Positions 30,444 through 42,983 of a DNA stretch of 64,000 bases are shown here, one piece after another. Positions within the stretch are counted from its first letter, which is position 1; each line of letters starts with the position of its first letter. The notes below the pieces were generated by a model. The model was not told where the DNA came from, ran no database searches, and was given only the letters and a program-made list of their open reading frames with translations. Position numbers and translations under genes: made by a program. This DNA comes from an uncultured Gammaproteobacteria bacterium (GTDB lineage: Bacteria > Pseudomonadota > Gammaproteobacteria > Steroidobacterales > Rariloculaceae), in NCBI GenBank assembly GCA_963744305.1, contig CAVUTF010000029.1, positions 2,559 to 66,558 of the forward strand. Direction: 5' to 3'.

Positions 30444-32207
30444 TCACTGCGAGCGGTTTTTCGAGCTCCAATACGCGGTGAGGCCTACGCGATCGAGCAA
30501 CTCCGAAAACCTCGCGTGCTCGCGCGTGCGCGCGAACACCGGAAACCAGAGCCACGACGGATTGACGTAGCCCAAGTCGACGTAGCCGCGCCACAGGGAG
30601 GCGAACGCACCTTCCACGTCGCCGTACGCCGCGAGCCACCACGCGAGCAGGATCTGGTGCGGGGCAACCTGATAGTCCGGTGCAGCCGTGGCGGCGCGAA
30701 GCTTCTCGATCGCGCGCTCGGGCTCCTCGCAGACGGCGTAGACCTCGTGGAGCACGGGCGCCGGCTTCGATTCGGTGAGATCAAGGTAGCGGCGGAACTG
30801 GTCGCGGAACGGCTCGCCGCGCGCCCACCGGGCGTGTAGCACGAGGTGCTCCACCATCTCTCGGTCGCCGGCGAGGTCGAGACTGCGCCGATACTCGGCA
30901 TCGGCCTCGTCGTAGCGGCCGGCAATGATCAGCTCCTTCTGCAGGAGCCCGCACACCAGCAGGGAGAGCGGATCCATGCGTGCGGTGGCGCGGAAATGCT
31001 CGATGGCTGCGCGTGACTCGTTAAGCTGCGTACGCAGCGCGCCGAAGTTGAACTCGACGTCGCGCGTCATCTCCGGCGCAAGCCGGCGGGCTTCCTCGAG
31101 CGACCGCTCCATCGCGAGCCAGTCGCGCAACAGATGGTGCTGCCAGGCCTGCACCATGTGTGCGGCCCACCAGAGCGGCGCAATCTCGAGGACCTTCGCA
31201 GAGGCTTCTCGTAGATCGGTCACGGCTTGCGCCCCGCGCTGCGGTGCGAACACGAGCTGTGCGCGGCTCGCGTGCGCGAACCACAGCCAGGCGGCCGCGA
31301 ACCTTGGATCGCGCGCGACCGCCGAGCGGAACAACTCGGCCGAGCGCAGGGCTGCATGCGCGCCGCTTTGCTCGATCAACGCGCGGCCACGCAGGAATAG
31401 ATCGTAGGCCTCCGGATCGCGTGTGCCTCCTTGCGTCGGCGAAGGCTCACCGGCGCCGAGTACTCCCCGAAGCGCATGCGTGACGGCTCGCGCGATGTCG
31501 TCCTGGATCGCGAACACGTTTTCCAGCTCGGCGGTGCGGTCGAATCGCTCGGACCAGCGTTGCGTTTCGGTCGCCAGGTCGACGAGTTGCGCCGTGATGC
31601 GAAGCTCGCGGGCGTCCTTGCGCACGGCACCGCTCAGCAGGTAGTCGACCCCGAGGGCGGCGCCGATCGCTCGCGCGCTATCGCGGTCGTCGCGGAAGCG
31701 AAACGCCGAGCTCTTCGCGATGACGCGCAGCCCCGGCACCGTCGCGAGCCGGTTCAGCACCTCCTCGGCGATGCCGTCGCCGAAGTAGCCCTGGTCGCGA
31801 TCGCGGCTCAAGTCCGCGAACGGCAGTACGGCGATCGACGGCAGTCGGCGATGGGCGGCCGGCTCGACGTTGCGGTCGGCCGGCACCATGACCGACGCCA
31901 CGAATCGGTAACCGAGACCGGACACCGTTTCGATGTAGCGCTGCTCGCCCGCGCGTTCACCGAGCAATTGGCGCAGGTTCGAGACGGTGCGGCTCAGCGT
32001 GTTCTCCTCGACCACGGCGCCCTTCCACACCGCATCCATGAGCGCCTGTTTCTCGAGCAGGCGCCCCGGACGTTCCGCCATGTACAGCAGCATGTCGTAC
32101 AGCCGCCGCGTGAGCTGAATCGGGGCGCCCGCAGCGGTGAGGACCGAGCGCTCGCCGCGGTTCAGACGGAAACCGCCGAATTCCAGGACCGTGTTGTCGT
32201 GCGCCAC
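30444..32207 (-). CDS. Winged-helix + TolB-like + TPR regulator
   Basis: LEFGGFRL, VVEENTL, IETVSGLGYRF, SIAVLPF.DLS, DPEAYDLFLRGR; intact frame. Confidence 0.88.
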   Translation of the reverse strand: MAHDNTVLEFGGFRLNRGERSVLTAAGAPIQLTRRLYDMLLYMAERPGRLLEKQALMDAVWKGAVVEENTLSRTVSNLRQLLGERAGEQRYIETVSGLGYRFVASVMVPADRNVEPAAHRRLPSIAVLPFADLSRDRDQGYFGDGIAEEVLNRLATVPGLRVIAKSSAFRFRDDRDSARAIGAALGVDYLLSGAVRKDARELRITAQLVDLATETQRWSERFDRTAELENVFAIQDDIARAVTHALRGVLGAGEPSPTQGGTRDPEAYDLFLRGRALIEQSGAHAALRSAELFRSAVARDPRFAAAWLWFAHASRAQLVFAPQRGAQAVTDLREASAKVLEIAPLWWAAHMVQAWQHHLLRDWLAMERSLEEARRLAPEMTRDVEFNFGALRTQLNESRAAIEHFRATARMDPLSLLVCGLLQKELIIAGRYDEADAEYRRSLDLAGDREMVEHLVLHARWARGEPFRDQFRRYLDLTESKPAPVLHEVYAVCEEPERAIEKLRAATAAPDYQVAPHQILLAWWLAAYGDVEGAFASLWRGYVDLGYVNPSWLWFPVFARTREHARFSELLDRVGLTAYWSSKNRSQ

Positions 32208-32327
32208 GCGGAGGGTCAGCCGAATTTTTTCCGAAAAGTATCCCGGGAACGGCAAAGACGGCGGGACGAGAACCGGACAAGAGTAGCGAACGGTCGGCAG
32301 GACCGGAAGCGATGGGGAGCGGGTCGA

Positions 32328-33249
32328 TGTGCGCACGAGCTCTATTGTGGACTCACGTCCGGCGCGCCGGTGCGCTGTCTAGCGCTGCGCTTTCAGTCGC
32401 GGCGCTCGCGTTGCCCGCGCTCGCGCAGTTTCCGGATGTGCTGTCGGAGTCCGAGTGCCCGGGGTGCGGGGCGCGGTTCGCGCCGGCGCCGTTCGACGGC
32501 ACCTGGAGTTCGGCGGTTACGGCGGCCGCCGAGCCCGGCTGGGCGCTCTCGGATTTTTTCTGTTTCGCCGCGTGCACGATCGAAGGGCGTGCCAGACGCG
32601 GAACGACTGCTCGCCGGTCCCGAGAGCCGGCATCGTTCTGCGCTCGAGCTCTATCCGCAGGCCATGGCCGCGAACGTTCGCTCCGTCGAGCGCGTATCGG
32701 CCGTCGCTGCCGATCCGTCGCGAGCGTCACCCGGCCGACTGCCGGGGTTTTCGTGCGACCGCCTTGGAGTCGCCGCGCAAGTCGTGTCGCCGTTGCCGCT
32801 CGAAATCGAGACCAAGTCGGATCGCGTGGTGCTGCGCTACGAGGAATTCGGGGCCGAGCGCACGATCTCGCTCGACGGAGACGGGCACCGCCGCAAGGCG
32901 ACCGCGCATCGTTCGGCGTGTCGAAAGGCCGCTTCGAGCAGGTGTGCTCGTGGTCGAGACGAGCGGTGTTCCCGCCGGCCGGCTCTCGGATTGGCTCGGC
33001 GGTTTCGCGCACAGCGACGCGCTGCACACGATCGAACTTTACTCCGTCAGCCCCGACGGCCGTTGGCTCGATCTCGAGCTCACGCTCGTCGATCCCGTGA
33101 CGCTCGCGAAGCCGCTCGTCGTCACGAAGCGGTGGCTGCGCACGCCCGGCGCGCGAATCATGCACCACGGCTGCGACGTGATGTCCGCGGGTCTCGGTGG
33201 CGTATTTGCCGAGTACCTCGATCCGCGCATCATCGACGCGCGGCGATAG
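32328..33249 (+). CDS. Secreted Cys-rich hypothetical protein with the C-terminal domain of the DUF6152-type proteins (frameshifts)
   Basis: Signal peptide ..ALPALAQ, CPGC, CFAAC, LRYEEFGAERTI, FGVSKGRF..LVVETS, HSD, DPVTLAKP, final Cys. Confidence 0.65.
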
Positions 33250-33337
33250 GCCGCTCGCCGCACTTCGAGCACGTCAGCCGACGCTTCAAGTCCTGAATCG
33301 CGAACTCGTCGCCGTAGACCGTGACGAGGCGATCAGG
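33230..33337 (-). pseudogene. Orphan C-terminal half of a small zinc-ribbon protein
   Basis: Manual translation PDRLVTVYGDEFAIQDLKRRLTCSKCGERPIAARR-stop; no start and no first CxxC. Confidence 0.45.
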
Positions 33338-33358
33338 GTGTCTGCGCCGGACCTCGGG

Positions 33359-34116
33359 TTAACCCATTCGTCGCTCCACGAGCGCCGCACCAAACCCGCT
33401 TAGTTGAAACACTAAATTGACGACGAGCACGAACAGTATCGCGAGAACAGTTGCCACGTGCGGTCGCCAACGTGTTATCGGATTCGTGAACGACTACCGC
33501 CCCGAGAAAGCTCAAGAGGAAAGTTACGCAGAAAGGTTCCGGATTCGGAATCGGGCCGTACCAACTTGCAATGCGCGCCACCGCAGGTCCGAGGGATACT
33601 CACCGACGCAACTCAGCATGAGCCGTTTGTGCACGTCCGCTCGACGGCGAAAGTAGAACCGCTAATAGGACTAACATCTGGGGAAACGATGAACGCGGCA
33701 TTGTCAGCCGCTGTTACTGCGCTGTACAACGAGATGTCGGCCTCGAGAGTGTCAATCCGAGATGCAACGTTTCGCGGCACCATATTCGTGCTCGTGAAGA
33801 TCCCGGAGATCAATACCGCCGCAGCCAACGCTGCACCCGTCCGACCGAGCTGGCGGTGAAGCGTTACTTGTGTGTATCTGCGCAATTAGACATGGTCTGA
33901 ACAACGACGAGCACGAACCAGGCGGTGCCGACGGCACCGTGAACGTAGAGGTAGGTGGGAATTTGCGGATACAGTCGAAGAACGGACGCAGAATACGGTG
34001 TGCAGCGCGCAAACCCGACGAGATTGAGCGCGAGCATGCCTAGCGCCATTCCGCCGAGCGAGAATCTGCTGCGCAGTTCCAAGGGAAGGCAAAGGTGAAA
34101 CGTCGCCTTCGTTCAA
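33359..34116 (-). CDS. Multi-pass membrane protein, heavily frameshifted
   Basis: Joined fragments: GMALGMLALNLVGFAR, YLYVHGAVGTAWFVLVVVQT, LHRQLG, HKRLML, ARIASW, RPHVATVLAILFVLVV. Confidence 0.65.
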
Positions 34117-34373
34117 TCAGCTCGAAGCGAGAGACATTGTTATTTTCCTTAGAGCGCCTACTCGAACGACGCGTGAAGGACGGCCGCAGTGTACTACCAG
34201 GCACCTCGTTCTACGCAAGGACGAAGATCGACGACTTCGAAAGGCGAACGTTGGTTCTGCACCAAAGAGAAGCCGAGTTTGTAGGGTACACGCAGCTTGC
34301 TGGTCACTGTAGACGGATGCCATGACGGTTTCCGGTTCCTTCGGTCGGCTGGCTTGCCACGCCCACCACACTG

Positions 34374-34396
34374 GCCATAGCATATGTGGCTATGGC
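34374..34396. promoter_or_regulatory. Candidate PadR operator
   Basis: GCCATAGC-N7-GCTATGGC inverted repeat overlapping the PadR start codon. Confidence 0.55.
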
Positions 34397-34745
34397 TGAT
34401 ATAGACGACCGAATCCTAGCCCGCGAACTGAAGAAAGGCTCCGCCGAGCTCATCGTGCTGTCGATCGTCGAGGCGCGCCCGCGTCACGGCTACGAGATCA
34501 GCAAGCTCATCGAGCTGCGTCCGGCGGCGAGATCAAGTTTCACGTCGCGTCGCTGTACCCGCTGCTCTATCGGCTCGAGGAGCGCGGCTGGTTGAAGGGC
34601 CGCTGGGTCGAGAAGCCCGGCCAACGGCGGCGGCGCTTCTACAGTCTCACGGCCGAAGGCAGCCGCGTGCTCGAGCAACACAAAGAGACGTGGCAGAAGT
34701 TCGTTCGCGCGATCGCCGCGATCACGGGGGTCAAGCCATGCCTAG
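34392..34745 (+). CDS. PadR family regulator (frameshifts)
   Basis: LKKGSAELIVL, RHGYEI, SLYPLLYRLEERG, RRRFYSLTAEG. Confidence 0.92.
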
Positions 34746-37413
34746 CTGGACGAACGAGCTCGAGTCACGGCTCGCGAGCCTGCGCTTGCGCCCCGCGCGC
34801 GAAGCGAGAAATCATCGAAGAGCTTTCCGAGCACCTCGAGCTGCGTTACGCCGAGCTTCGCGACCAAGGCCTCGACGAAGCCGCAGCGCTCGCGCTCGTG
34901 CGCGAGGAGTTGCGCGACGATCCGAGGCCTCGTCGAACGTCATGCGGCCGCTGCGGCAGGCGAACGCGCCGCCGCCCGTGCCCATCGGTGCGCCGCGCCG
35001 GCAACTCTTTGCCGATCTCCGGCAGGACCTTCGTTACGCGATGCGCCAACTGGCGCGGTCTCCGGGCTTCACCGCGGTCGCGGTTCTGACGCTTGCGCTC
35101 GGGATCGGCGCGACTACCGCAATCTTCGGCGCGATCGATGCCATCTTGTTGAAGCCGCTGCCGTACCCGGATGCGGACCGGATCGTCACGCTTTGGGAGC
35201 AGGACCAGGCTGGGGGAGGCGAGCGCGATCTCGCGGCGTCCGCCAATTTCCTCGACTGGCGCGAGCGGAGCACTTCGTTCGAGGCAATGGCCGCGGCCGA
35301 GCCCTACAGCAACGACTATCTCGCCGCGGACGGGCAGCCGGAAAACCTTCGCAGCTGGCTCGTCACGGAAAACTTCTTCGACGTCTTCGGCGTTCCCACG
35401 TTGCTCGGGCGAACGTTCCGTGCCGAGGATCACGTGCAAGGCGGCGCGCGTGTCGTGGTGCTCGGCCATGGTCTATGGCAGCGCCGCTTCGGTGGCGATC
35501 CCGGCATCGTGGGGCAAGCGCTCACGCTCGACGGTAAGCCGGCGACGGTCGTTGGCGTCATGCCGGCGAGATTCGAGTTTCCGGTCGGCCGCGATCTCTG
35601 GGTGCCGAGGGTCTACGAAGGGTGGGAGGCACGAAATCGCTCCTCCCGGTTCTGGCACGTGGCGGGCAAGCTCAAAGTCGGGGTCGACATCGCGGCCGGC
35701 CGCGCCGAGCTCGACGTGATCGCGACTCAGCTAGCGGCCGAGAATCCGCGCAACGCGGGCGTCGGAGTGGCGGTCGTGCCCCTTGCAGAGCACCTCGCCG
35801 GGAGAGCGCAGACGACGCTCTTGCTGTTCCTCGGTGCCGTTGGGCTCGTGCTGCTGATCGCATGCGTAAACGTCGCCAACCTCTTGCTCGTGCGAGCGGC
35901 GAAGCGGCAACACGAATTCGCGATTCGAGCTGCGATCGGCGCGGACCGCCGCCGCATACTGAAGCAAACGATCACGGAGAGTCTGCTGCTGGGCGCGTTG
36001 GGCGGTGCCTGCGGGCTCTTGATTGCGGCTTGGGGGCTCGCGGTGTTCGAGCCCATTCAACCCGCGAGCATCCCGCATGCGCTGGCTCCCGGCTTGGACG
36101 CGCGAGCGTTGTTGTTCGCGTCGGTGCTTGCGATCGGCAGCACCTTGCTGTTCGGGCTAGTGCCCGCACTGCAAGTCGCGCGCAACGCGGCCCTTCGCCA
36201 GCAGCTGCACGGCGGTGCGAGCGCCGCGCCGGCCGCGCGCCGTTTCCGTAGTGCGCTGGTGGTGTCGGAGCTGGCGCTCGCGATGGTGCTGCTCGTGAGC
36301 GCCGCGCTGTTGCTGCGTAGCTTCGTCGCGGTGCTCGACGTGGACCGCGGCTACCGCACGGACAACGTGCTCGCGCTGACGGTGCAGGCGTGGGACTACT
36401 ACCCCGAAGCCGGCGCAACGCCGCCTGTTCGTCGAGCAGGCCCTGGAGCGGATCGACGAGTTGCCAGGCGTGGCAGCGACCGGCGTGACCTCTTCGCTGC
36501 CGCTCGCCGAAGGAATCGGGACGGACACGGCGACCTCACGATCGTCGGTCGACCGGAGGCCGCTGCGGACGGCCGGCTCGGCGCGCACGCCGTGATCGCC
36601 ACGGCGGGGTACTTCCGCGTGCTGGATATCCCGCTGCGCGCGGGGCGCGTGTTCGAGCCGACGGACGACGCCGACACACCTCGAGTGGTCGTCGTCAACG
36701 AGGCGATGGCACGCCGGCATTGGCCCGGCGAGAACCCGGTCGGCGCGCGCATCAGGCTTTGGTTCGGCGGGCCGCCCACCGATGCCGAGGTGATCGGCGT
36801 CGTCGGCGACGTGCGCGACGCGCTGCAAGCGGATCCGCAACCGAGCCTGTTCGTGGCGCATGCGCAGCAGCCGACGGGCGCGCTGCATTTCACCGTGCGC
36901 GCCGACGGCGACCCGAGCACGCTCGTTCGCGCCGTGCAGGACGAGATCTGGGCGATGAATCCGGCCATGCCGTTTGCTCAAGTCACGACGCTCGAAGGTT
37001 TGTTCGACGACTCGTTACGGGACCGCCGCTCGACGCTGCTGCTCGTCATCGCGTTCTCCGTGACGGCGCTCGCGCTCGCTGCGATCGGTGCGTACGGGCT
37101 CGTGAGCCACGAGTCGAACCGGCGGTCTCACGAGATCGGAATTCGCGTGGCCATCGGCGCAAGCCGGCGCCGCGTGCTCGCGCTCGTGGTCGGAGACGGG
37201 CTCAAGCTGGCGTTGCTCGGGATCGGTGTCGGCGCGGTCCTCGCGGTCGCCGCAGGGCGCGCGCTCCAGGGCTTTCTGTTCGGCGTGAGCGCGTTCGATC
37301 CCATTACGTTGGTCGTATCGCGCTGGTGATGCTCGCGGTGACGACGCTCGCGAGCTTGCTGCCGGCGTGGCGCGCGGCGCGGGCAGACCCATATCGCTGC
37401 GCTGAGGCCGTGA
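34738..37413 (+). CDS. ADOP-like orphan ABC permease 1 with N-terminal permease-prefix helix (frameshifts)
   Basis: [16 protein letters not shown] leader; [42 protein letters not shown]. Confidence 0.9.
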
Positions 37414-37428
37414 GGAGTGAGAACTGAC

Positions 37429-40257
37429 ATGCCTAACTGGACGAAAGAGCTCGAGTCACGGCTCGCAAACCTGCGACTTGAGCCCGGCGCGCGAAGCGAG
37501 AAATCATCGAAGAGCTTTCCGAGCACCTCGAGCTGCGCTACGCCGAGCTTCGAGACCAAGGCGTGGACGAGGCCGAAGCGTTCGCGCTCGTGCGCGCGGA
37601 GCTGCTCGACGACAAGGCGCTCGCGGAATTCATGCGGCCGCTGCGTCAGGCGAACGCGCCGCCGCCGCCGGTGCCGGTGGGTGCGCCGCGCCGGGAGTCG
37701 CATGCCGGAGGGCGTGGCATGCGCATCATCGGTTTCGTCGATTCCGTCGGCCGCGATCTACGCCACGCGCTGCGCGGCTTGTCGCGGCGGCCCGCCTTCG
37801 CGTCGCCGCCGTGCTGACGCTCGCGCTCGGCATCGGCGCGACGACGGCGATCTTCAGCGTCGTCTACTCGGTGCTGCTCAAACCGTTGCCGTATCCGAAC
37901 GCCGAGGAGCTCGTGCGGATCAGACACGTCGCTCCGGGCCTCACCGCCGGCGACATGGTCGCGAGCACGAACATGCACCTCACGTACCGGCAGGAGAACC
38001 GGACGTTCGCCGCTGTCGGCCTGTGGAGGAGGATTCCGCGACGCTGACCGATCGCGGCGAGGCGGAGCGCGTGCGGGCTCTGAAAGTCACGGACGGCACG
38101 CTGCAGGCGCTCGGGTGCAGCCGATGCGCGGACGTTGGTTCACGGAAGCGGAGCACGACGCCGCCGCCGACGGCCCGTCGCCCGTGATTCTTTCGCATGC
38201 GTTTTGGCAACGGCGATTCGGCGGCGACGAAGCGGCACTCGGGCGCGAGCTCTCGATGGATTCGCCGGGCGGTGGCGGCACGTTGGCGTTGCCGCCGTCT
38301 GCGCAGGTGGTGGGCATCATGCCGCCCGGTTTCCAGTTTCTCGATGCGGCGCCGCAGCCCGACATCATCATTCCCGTCCGCCTCGACCCGGCGCGGCAAG
38401 CCCACGGGATCTACTCTTGGCAAATGCTCGCCCGGCTGAAGCCGGGCGTGACGCTGGCCGAAGCGCAAGCCGACCTCGACCGCATTCGGCCGATCTGGGC
38501 CGACGCCTGGCCCCTCTTTCCGGGGATGACGAGAGAGCAGTTCGCGAACTGGCGAATGACGCGCGGTCGTGCTCCCGTTGTTGGACGACTTGGTCGGCGG
38601 CGTGTCGAGCATGTTGTGGGTGCTCATGGGTGCGATCGGCGCCGTGCTCCTGATCGCCTGCGCCAACATCGCGAATCTCATGCTCGTGCGCGCGGACGCG
38701 CGGCGGCCGGAGTTCGCCGTGCGCGCCGCGCTCGGCGCGAGACCGGGCGCGAATCGCGAGCGAGTTGCTCATCGAGAGCCTGGTCTTGGGCGCGGCCGGC
38801 AGCGTGGTCGGTCTCGCGCTCGCCTACGCAGGCCTGCGGGCGTTGGTCGCCATCGGCCCGAGCAACCTGCCGCGCCTTCAGGAGATCGCCGTCTATCCGC
38901 CGGTGCTCGCATTCAGCGTGGCGCATCTCGTTGGCCTCGGCGCTCGTGTTCGGCTCCGTCACGGCACTCAAGCACGCGCTGCAATCGACAATGCACCTTT
39001 CACCGGCGCTGCGCGCGGATCGAGCGCAAGCCGCGAGCGGAGCGCGACACGCAACACGCTGGTCGTCGTGCAAGTCGCGCTGGCGGTCGTGCTCGTCGTG
39101 AGCGCGGCGCTCATGATTCGCACGTCTCAAGCGCTGCGCGACGTCGATCCCGGCTTTGCGGATCCGGCGACGATTCAAACCGCGAGGATTTGGATTCCGC
39201 CCGGCCGTGTCTCGCGACGCCGGGCAAATCACCCGCGTCGAGCGCGAGATGCTCGACAAGATCGCGGCACTTCCGGGCGTCACGTGCGAGCCGGTTTCGC
39301 GAGTAACGTTCCGATGGACCGGGCGGAACAACGGACTCGGTAGTGGTCGAAGGCCAAACGGTGGCGCCGGGAGAGACCCTGCCGGCGCGCAGATGGATCC
39401 GCGTCTCGCCGGGATATTTCGCCGCCATGGGCACGCGGCTGATCGCCGGACGCGACGTGACTTGGAACGACATCGAGACGGGCGGCCGCGTGGCCGTCGA
39501 TTTCCGAGGACTTCGCTCGCGAGCTGGCCGCCGAGCCCGCGGGCGCGCTCGGCAAGCGCATTCGGCCCGGCGCGTTTGCTCAGGATGCCTGGAGGGAGGT
39601 GATCGGCGTGGTGCAGAACGTCCAACACGACGGGTTGCACGGGACGGCACCCAGCTCCGTGTACTTGCCCGTGCTCAGCGAGAACATGTTCGGTGTTCCC
39701 GCTCGCCGGAACGTCGTCGGTCGCCTTCGCCGATCCGCAGCGAGCGCGCGGGCGCCGCCAGTCTCGTGGAGGAGATTCGGGCTGCGGTCCGGTCGGTGAG
39801 CGCGAGCGTGCCCGTAGCCCAAGAGCGCACGATGCGGGATCTCTTCGCCGGGTCCCTTGCGCGCACGTCGTTCACGCTCGTGCTGCTCGGGATCGCGGGT
39901 GCAATGGCCTTGGCGCTCTCGGTGATCGGGATCTATGGCGTCATCGCGTACGTCGTGTCGCAGCGGACGCGGGAAATCGGCATTCGCTCGGCGCTCGGCG
40001 CGCGTCCGGGGCAGCTCGAGCAGATGTTCCTGCGGCAAGGGCTCGCGCTCACCGGTGTCGGTCTCGTCGTCGGCGTCGTCGCGGCCATCGCATTGGGACG
40101 CTGGATGCGTCGCTGTTGTTCGGCGTCGGTCCGTTCGACCCCGTGGCCTATGTCGGCGGCGGTGGGCGTGACGATGGTGGCGGCGGCGCTCGCGAGCTAC
40201 GTGCCGGCACGGCGCGCGGCGACGATCGATCCCATCGAGACACTCAGGGCGGAGTAG
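37429..40257 (+). CDS. ADOP-like orphan ABC permease 2 with prefix leader (frameshifts)
   Basis: Same leader; [54 protein letters not shown]. Confidence 0.9.
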
Positions 40258-40264
40258 TCCGACC

Positions 40265-42981
40265 ATGCCTAACTGGACGCAAGAGATCGAGTCGCGGCTC
40301 GCGAGCTTGCGACTCGCCGCCGGCCGCGAAGCGGAAATCATCGAGGAGCTTTCCGAGCACCTCGAGCAGCGCTACGCCGAGCTTCGCGGCGAAGGCCTTG
40401 ACGAGGCCGCCGCGCTCGCGCTCGTGCGCGAGGAGTTGCGCGACGACCCGGATCTCACCGAACGCATGCGGCCGCTGCGGCAGGCGAACGTGCCGCCGCC
40501 CGTCGCCGTGGGCGCGCCGCGCCGCGAGCTGCTCGCGGATCTGTGGCAGGATCTGCGCCTCGCGACGCGCATGTTGCGCAAGCAGAAGGCGTTGACGCTC
40601 ATGGTGGTGCTGACGCTTGCGATCGGCGTCGGTGCGAACGGCGCGCTGTTCGCGCTCGTCGACCGCGTGCTGCTGCGCGACCTGCCGGTCCCGGAGCCGG
40701 ATCGGCTTGGTGACGATTTGGGAACAGACGGAGACGACGCCCGAGGGCCGCGTCTCGCCGCTCAATCTCGTCGACTGGATGCAGCGGAACCAATCGTTCG
40801 ACGCGATCGGCGGCGTCGTCCCGAGCACCGGCAGCATGGTCATGAGCGGCGCGGACGGCGCGGAAGCGGTGTCGCGCCAATGGGTCACGGCCGGAATATT
40901 CGAGGCGCTCGGTGTGCGGCCGATCGTCGGCCGCACGTTTCTCGCCGCCGACGATGTCGAGCGTGCCAACGTCGTCGTCTTGTCGGAGGCGTTTTGGCGC
41001 ACGCGCTTCGCCGCCGATCCCGGCATCGTGGGCCAAAGCATTCGCTTCGACGGCGAGCCGTACACGGTCGTCGGCGTGGTTCCGCACGAAGCGGAGCTGC
41101 TCGCTCCGGTGAGCATTTGGGCGTCGCAGGGCACTTCAAGGAGTGCCCGACGCACGAGCGCGGCAGCTACTGGCTGCAAACCGTGGCGCGGCTCAAGCCC
41201 GGCGTTTCGCTCGAAGCGGCCCGCGACGACCTCGCGCAGGATCGCGGCGGATCTCGCGCGCGAATATCCCGCGACGAACGAAGGCCGCGGCGTGGCGCTG
41301 CGAGCCGCTGCGCGACGTCGTGCTCGGCGCCGAGCTGAAGACGCACGTCGCTGCTCTTTCTCGGCGTGGTCGGTTTCGTGCTGCTGATCTGCTTCGCGAA
41401 CATCGCGAACCTGCTGCTGACGCGCAACGCCGCTCGCGGCAACGAGCTCGCGATCCGTTCCGTGCTCGGCGCGGATCGCCGGCGTCTCGTGCGCCAGTTC
41501 GCGACGGAGAATCTCTTGCTCGCCGCCGTCGGCGGGCTCGCGGGGCTCGTCGTGGCCGCCGTGCTGTTGCGCGTCGCGCCCGCCGCGATTCCGCAGGAGT
41601 TGCTGCCGGCCGGTTTCGCGCTCGACTTCGATTGGCGCGTCGCCGCCTTCTGCGCCGGCGCGACGCTGCTCGTCGCGCTGTTGTTCACGCTCGCTTCGGG
41701 GCGCCAAGTCGCGGAGTTCTCATCGCTGCGCGAAAGCATGCCAGGGCGGGCGCACGGTGACGGATCGTTCGAGCCGGACGCGCGAAGTGCTCGTCGTGGC
41801 CCAGATCGCCACGGCCGTCGTGTTGCTCTATGGCGCGGGCTTGCTGACGCGCACGCTGATCGAGGTCGATACGCGTCGACCCGGGGTATCAGAGCGCAGA
41901 GCGTGCTCAGCATGATCGTCGATCCGCTGTCGCAGAGCTACCCGACTCCCGAAGCGCTGCTGCAGTTCTACGGCGCCATCGAGGACGAGCTCGAAGCGAT
42001 TCCGGGCCTCGCGAGCGCCGCGTGGACGAGCGCCTTGCCGCTCGGGAAGATCGATCGCCGGCCGGCTGTTCTTCGACGTCGCCGGCGAGCCCGCCGTCGT
42101 GCCCGCGGAGCGGCCGACGCCGGACATGCAGGTCGTGAGCCCGGAGTACTTTCGCACGCTCGAGCTGCCGATCTTGGCCGGCCGCGCGTTCGACGAGCGG
42201 GACCGCGCCGGGCAGCGTGCCCGTCTGCATCGTGAACGAAGCGTTCGTCGAGCGGCGTTTGCAGGGCGGCACGGCCGTCGGGCGCACCGTGCAGACGTGG
42301 CAGGCGGAGCAGTCCGTGGACCCGCCGCGCACGTGCGAGGTCGTCGGGGTCGCGACGAATGCCAAGCGCCGCGCCGACGAGCTCGAGGAGCCGGCGCAGA
42401 TCTACTATCCGTTCGCTCGCATCCCCATCGACGACATCTTCCTCGTCGTGCGGCCGGTCTCGGGCGATGCCGCAGCGCTGGCGTCCGCAAGTCCGCGCGG
42501 CGATCGCGCGCGTCGACACGCAGCAGCTCGTGAGCGTCACGGACATCGTGACGCTCGACAGCGTCGCGCACGAGGCGACGGCGCGCTACCGGTTCCGCGC
42601 GCTCTTGATCGCGGCCTTCGCCGGGCTCGCGCTGGTGCTCGCGGCGCTCGGGCTGTTCGGCGTGCTCGCGTACTCGGTGCAGCGGCGCTGGCGCGAGTAC
42701 GGCGTGCGCATGGCGCTCGGCGCGCGGCCCGAGGCCGTCGTCCGCCTGATCGTGCGCGGCGCCGCGCGGCTGCTGATCCCCGGCGTGCTCGTCGGGGCGG
42801 TGCTCGCGCTCGATCGTGGGCCAGCTGCTCGGCGCGATGTTGTTCGGCGTGCGGCCGTTCGATGCGCCGACGTTCACGGTCGTGCTCGTCGTCCTCGCCG
42901 TCACGGCGGCCGCTGTCCGTCGTGGGGCCGGCGTTCCGAGCGACGCGCATCGACCCGGTCGGCGCATTGCGCAGCGAGTGA
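40265..42981 (+). CDS. ADOP-like orphan ABC permease 3 with prefix leader (frameshifts)
   Basis: MPNWTQEIESRL leader; DLRLATRML, LLICFANIANLLL, EYGVRMALGA, RATRIDPVGALRSE. Confidence 0.9.
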
Positions 42982-42983
42982 GC

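Noticed and set aside
34738..42981. Diversity-generating retroelement or shufflon explanation for the repeated permease leaders
   Set aside because: No RT or invertase, repeats are direct and N-terminal, and differences are not adenine-specific
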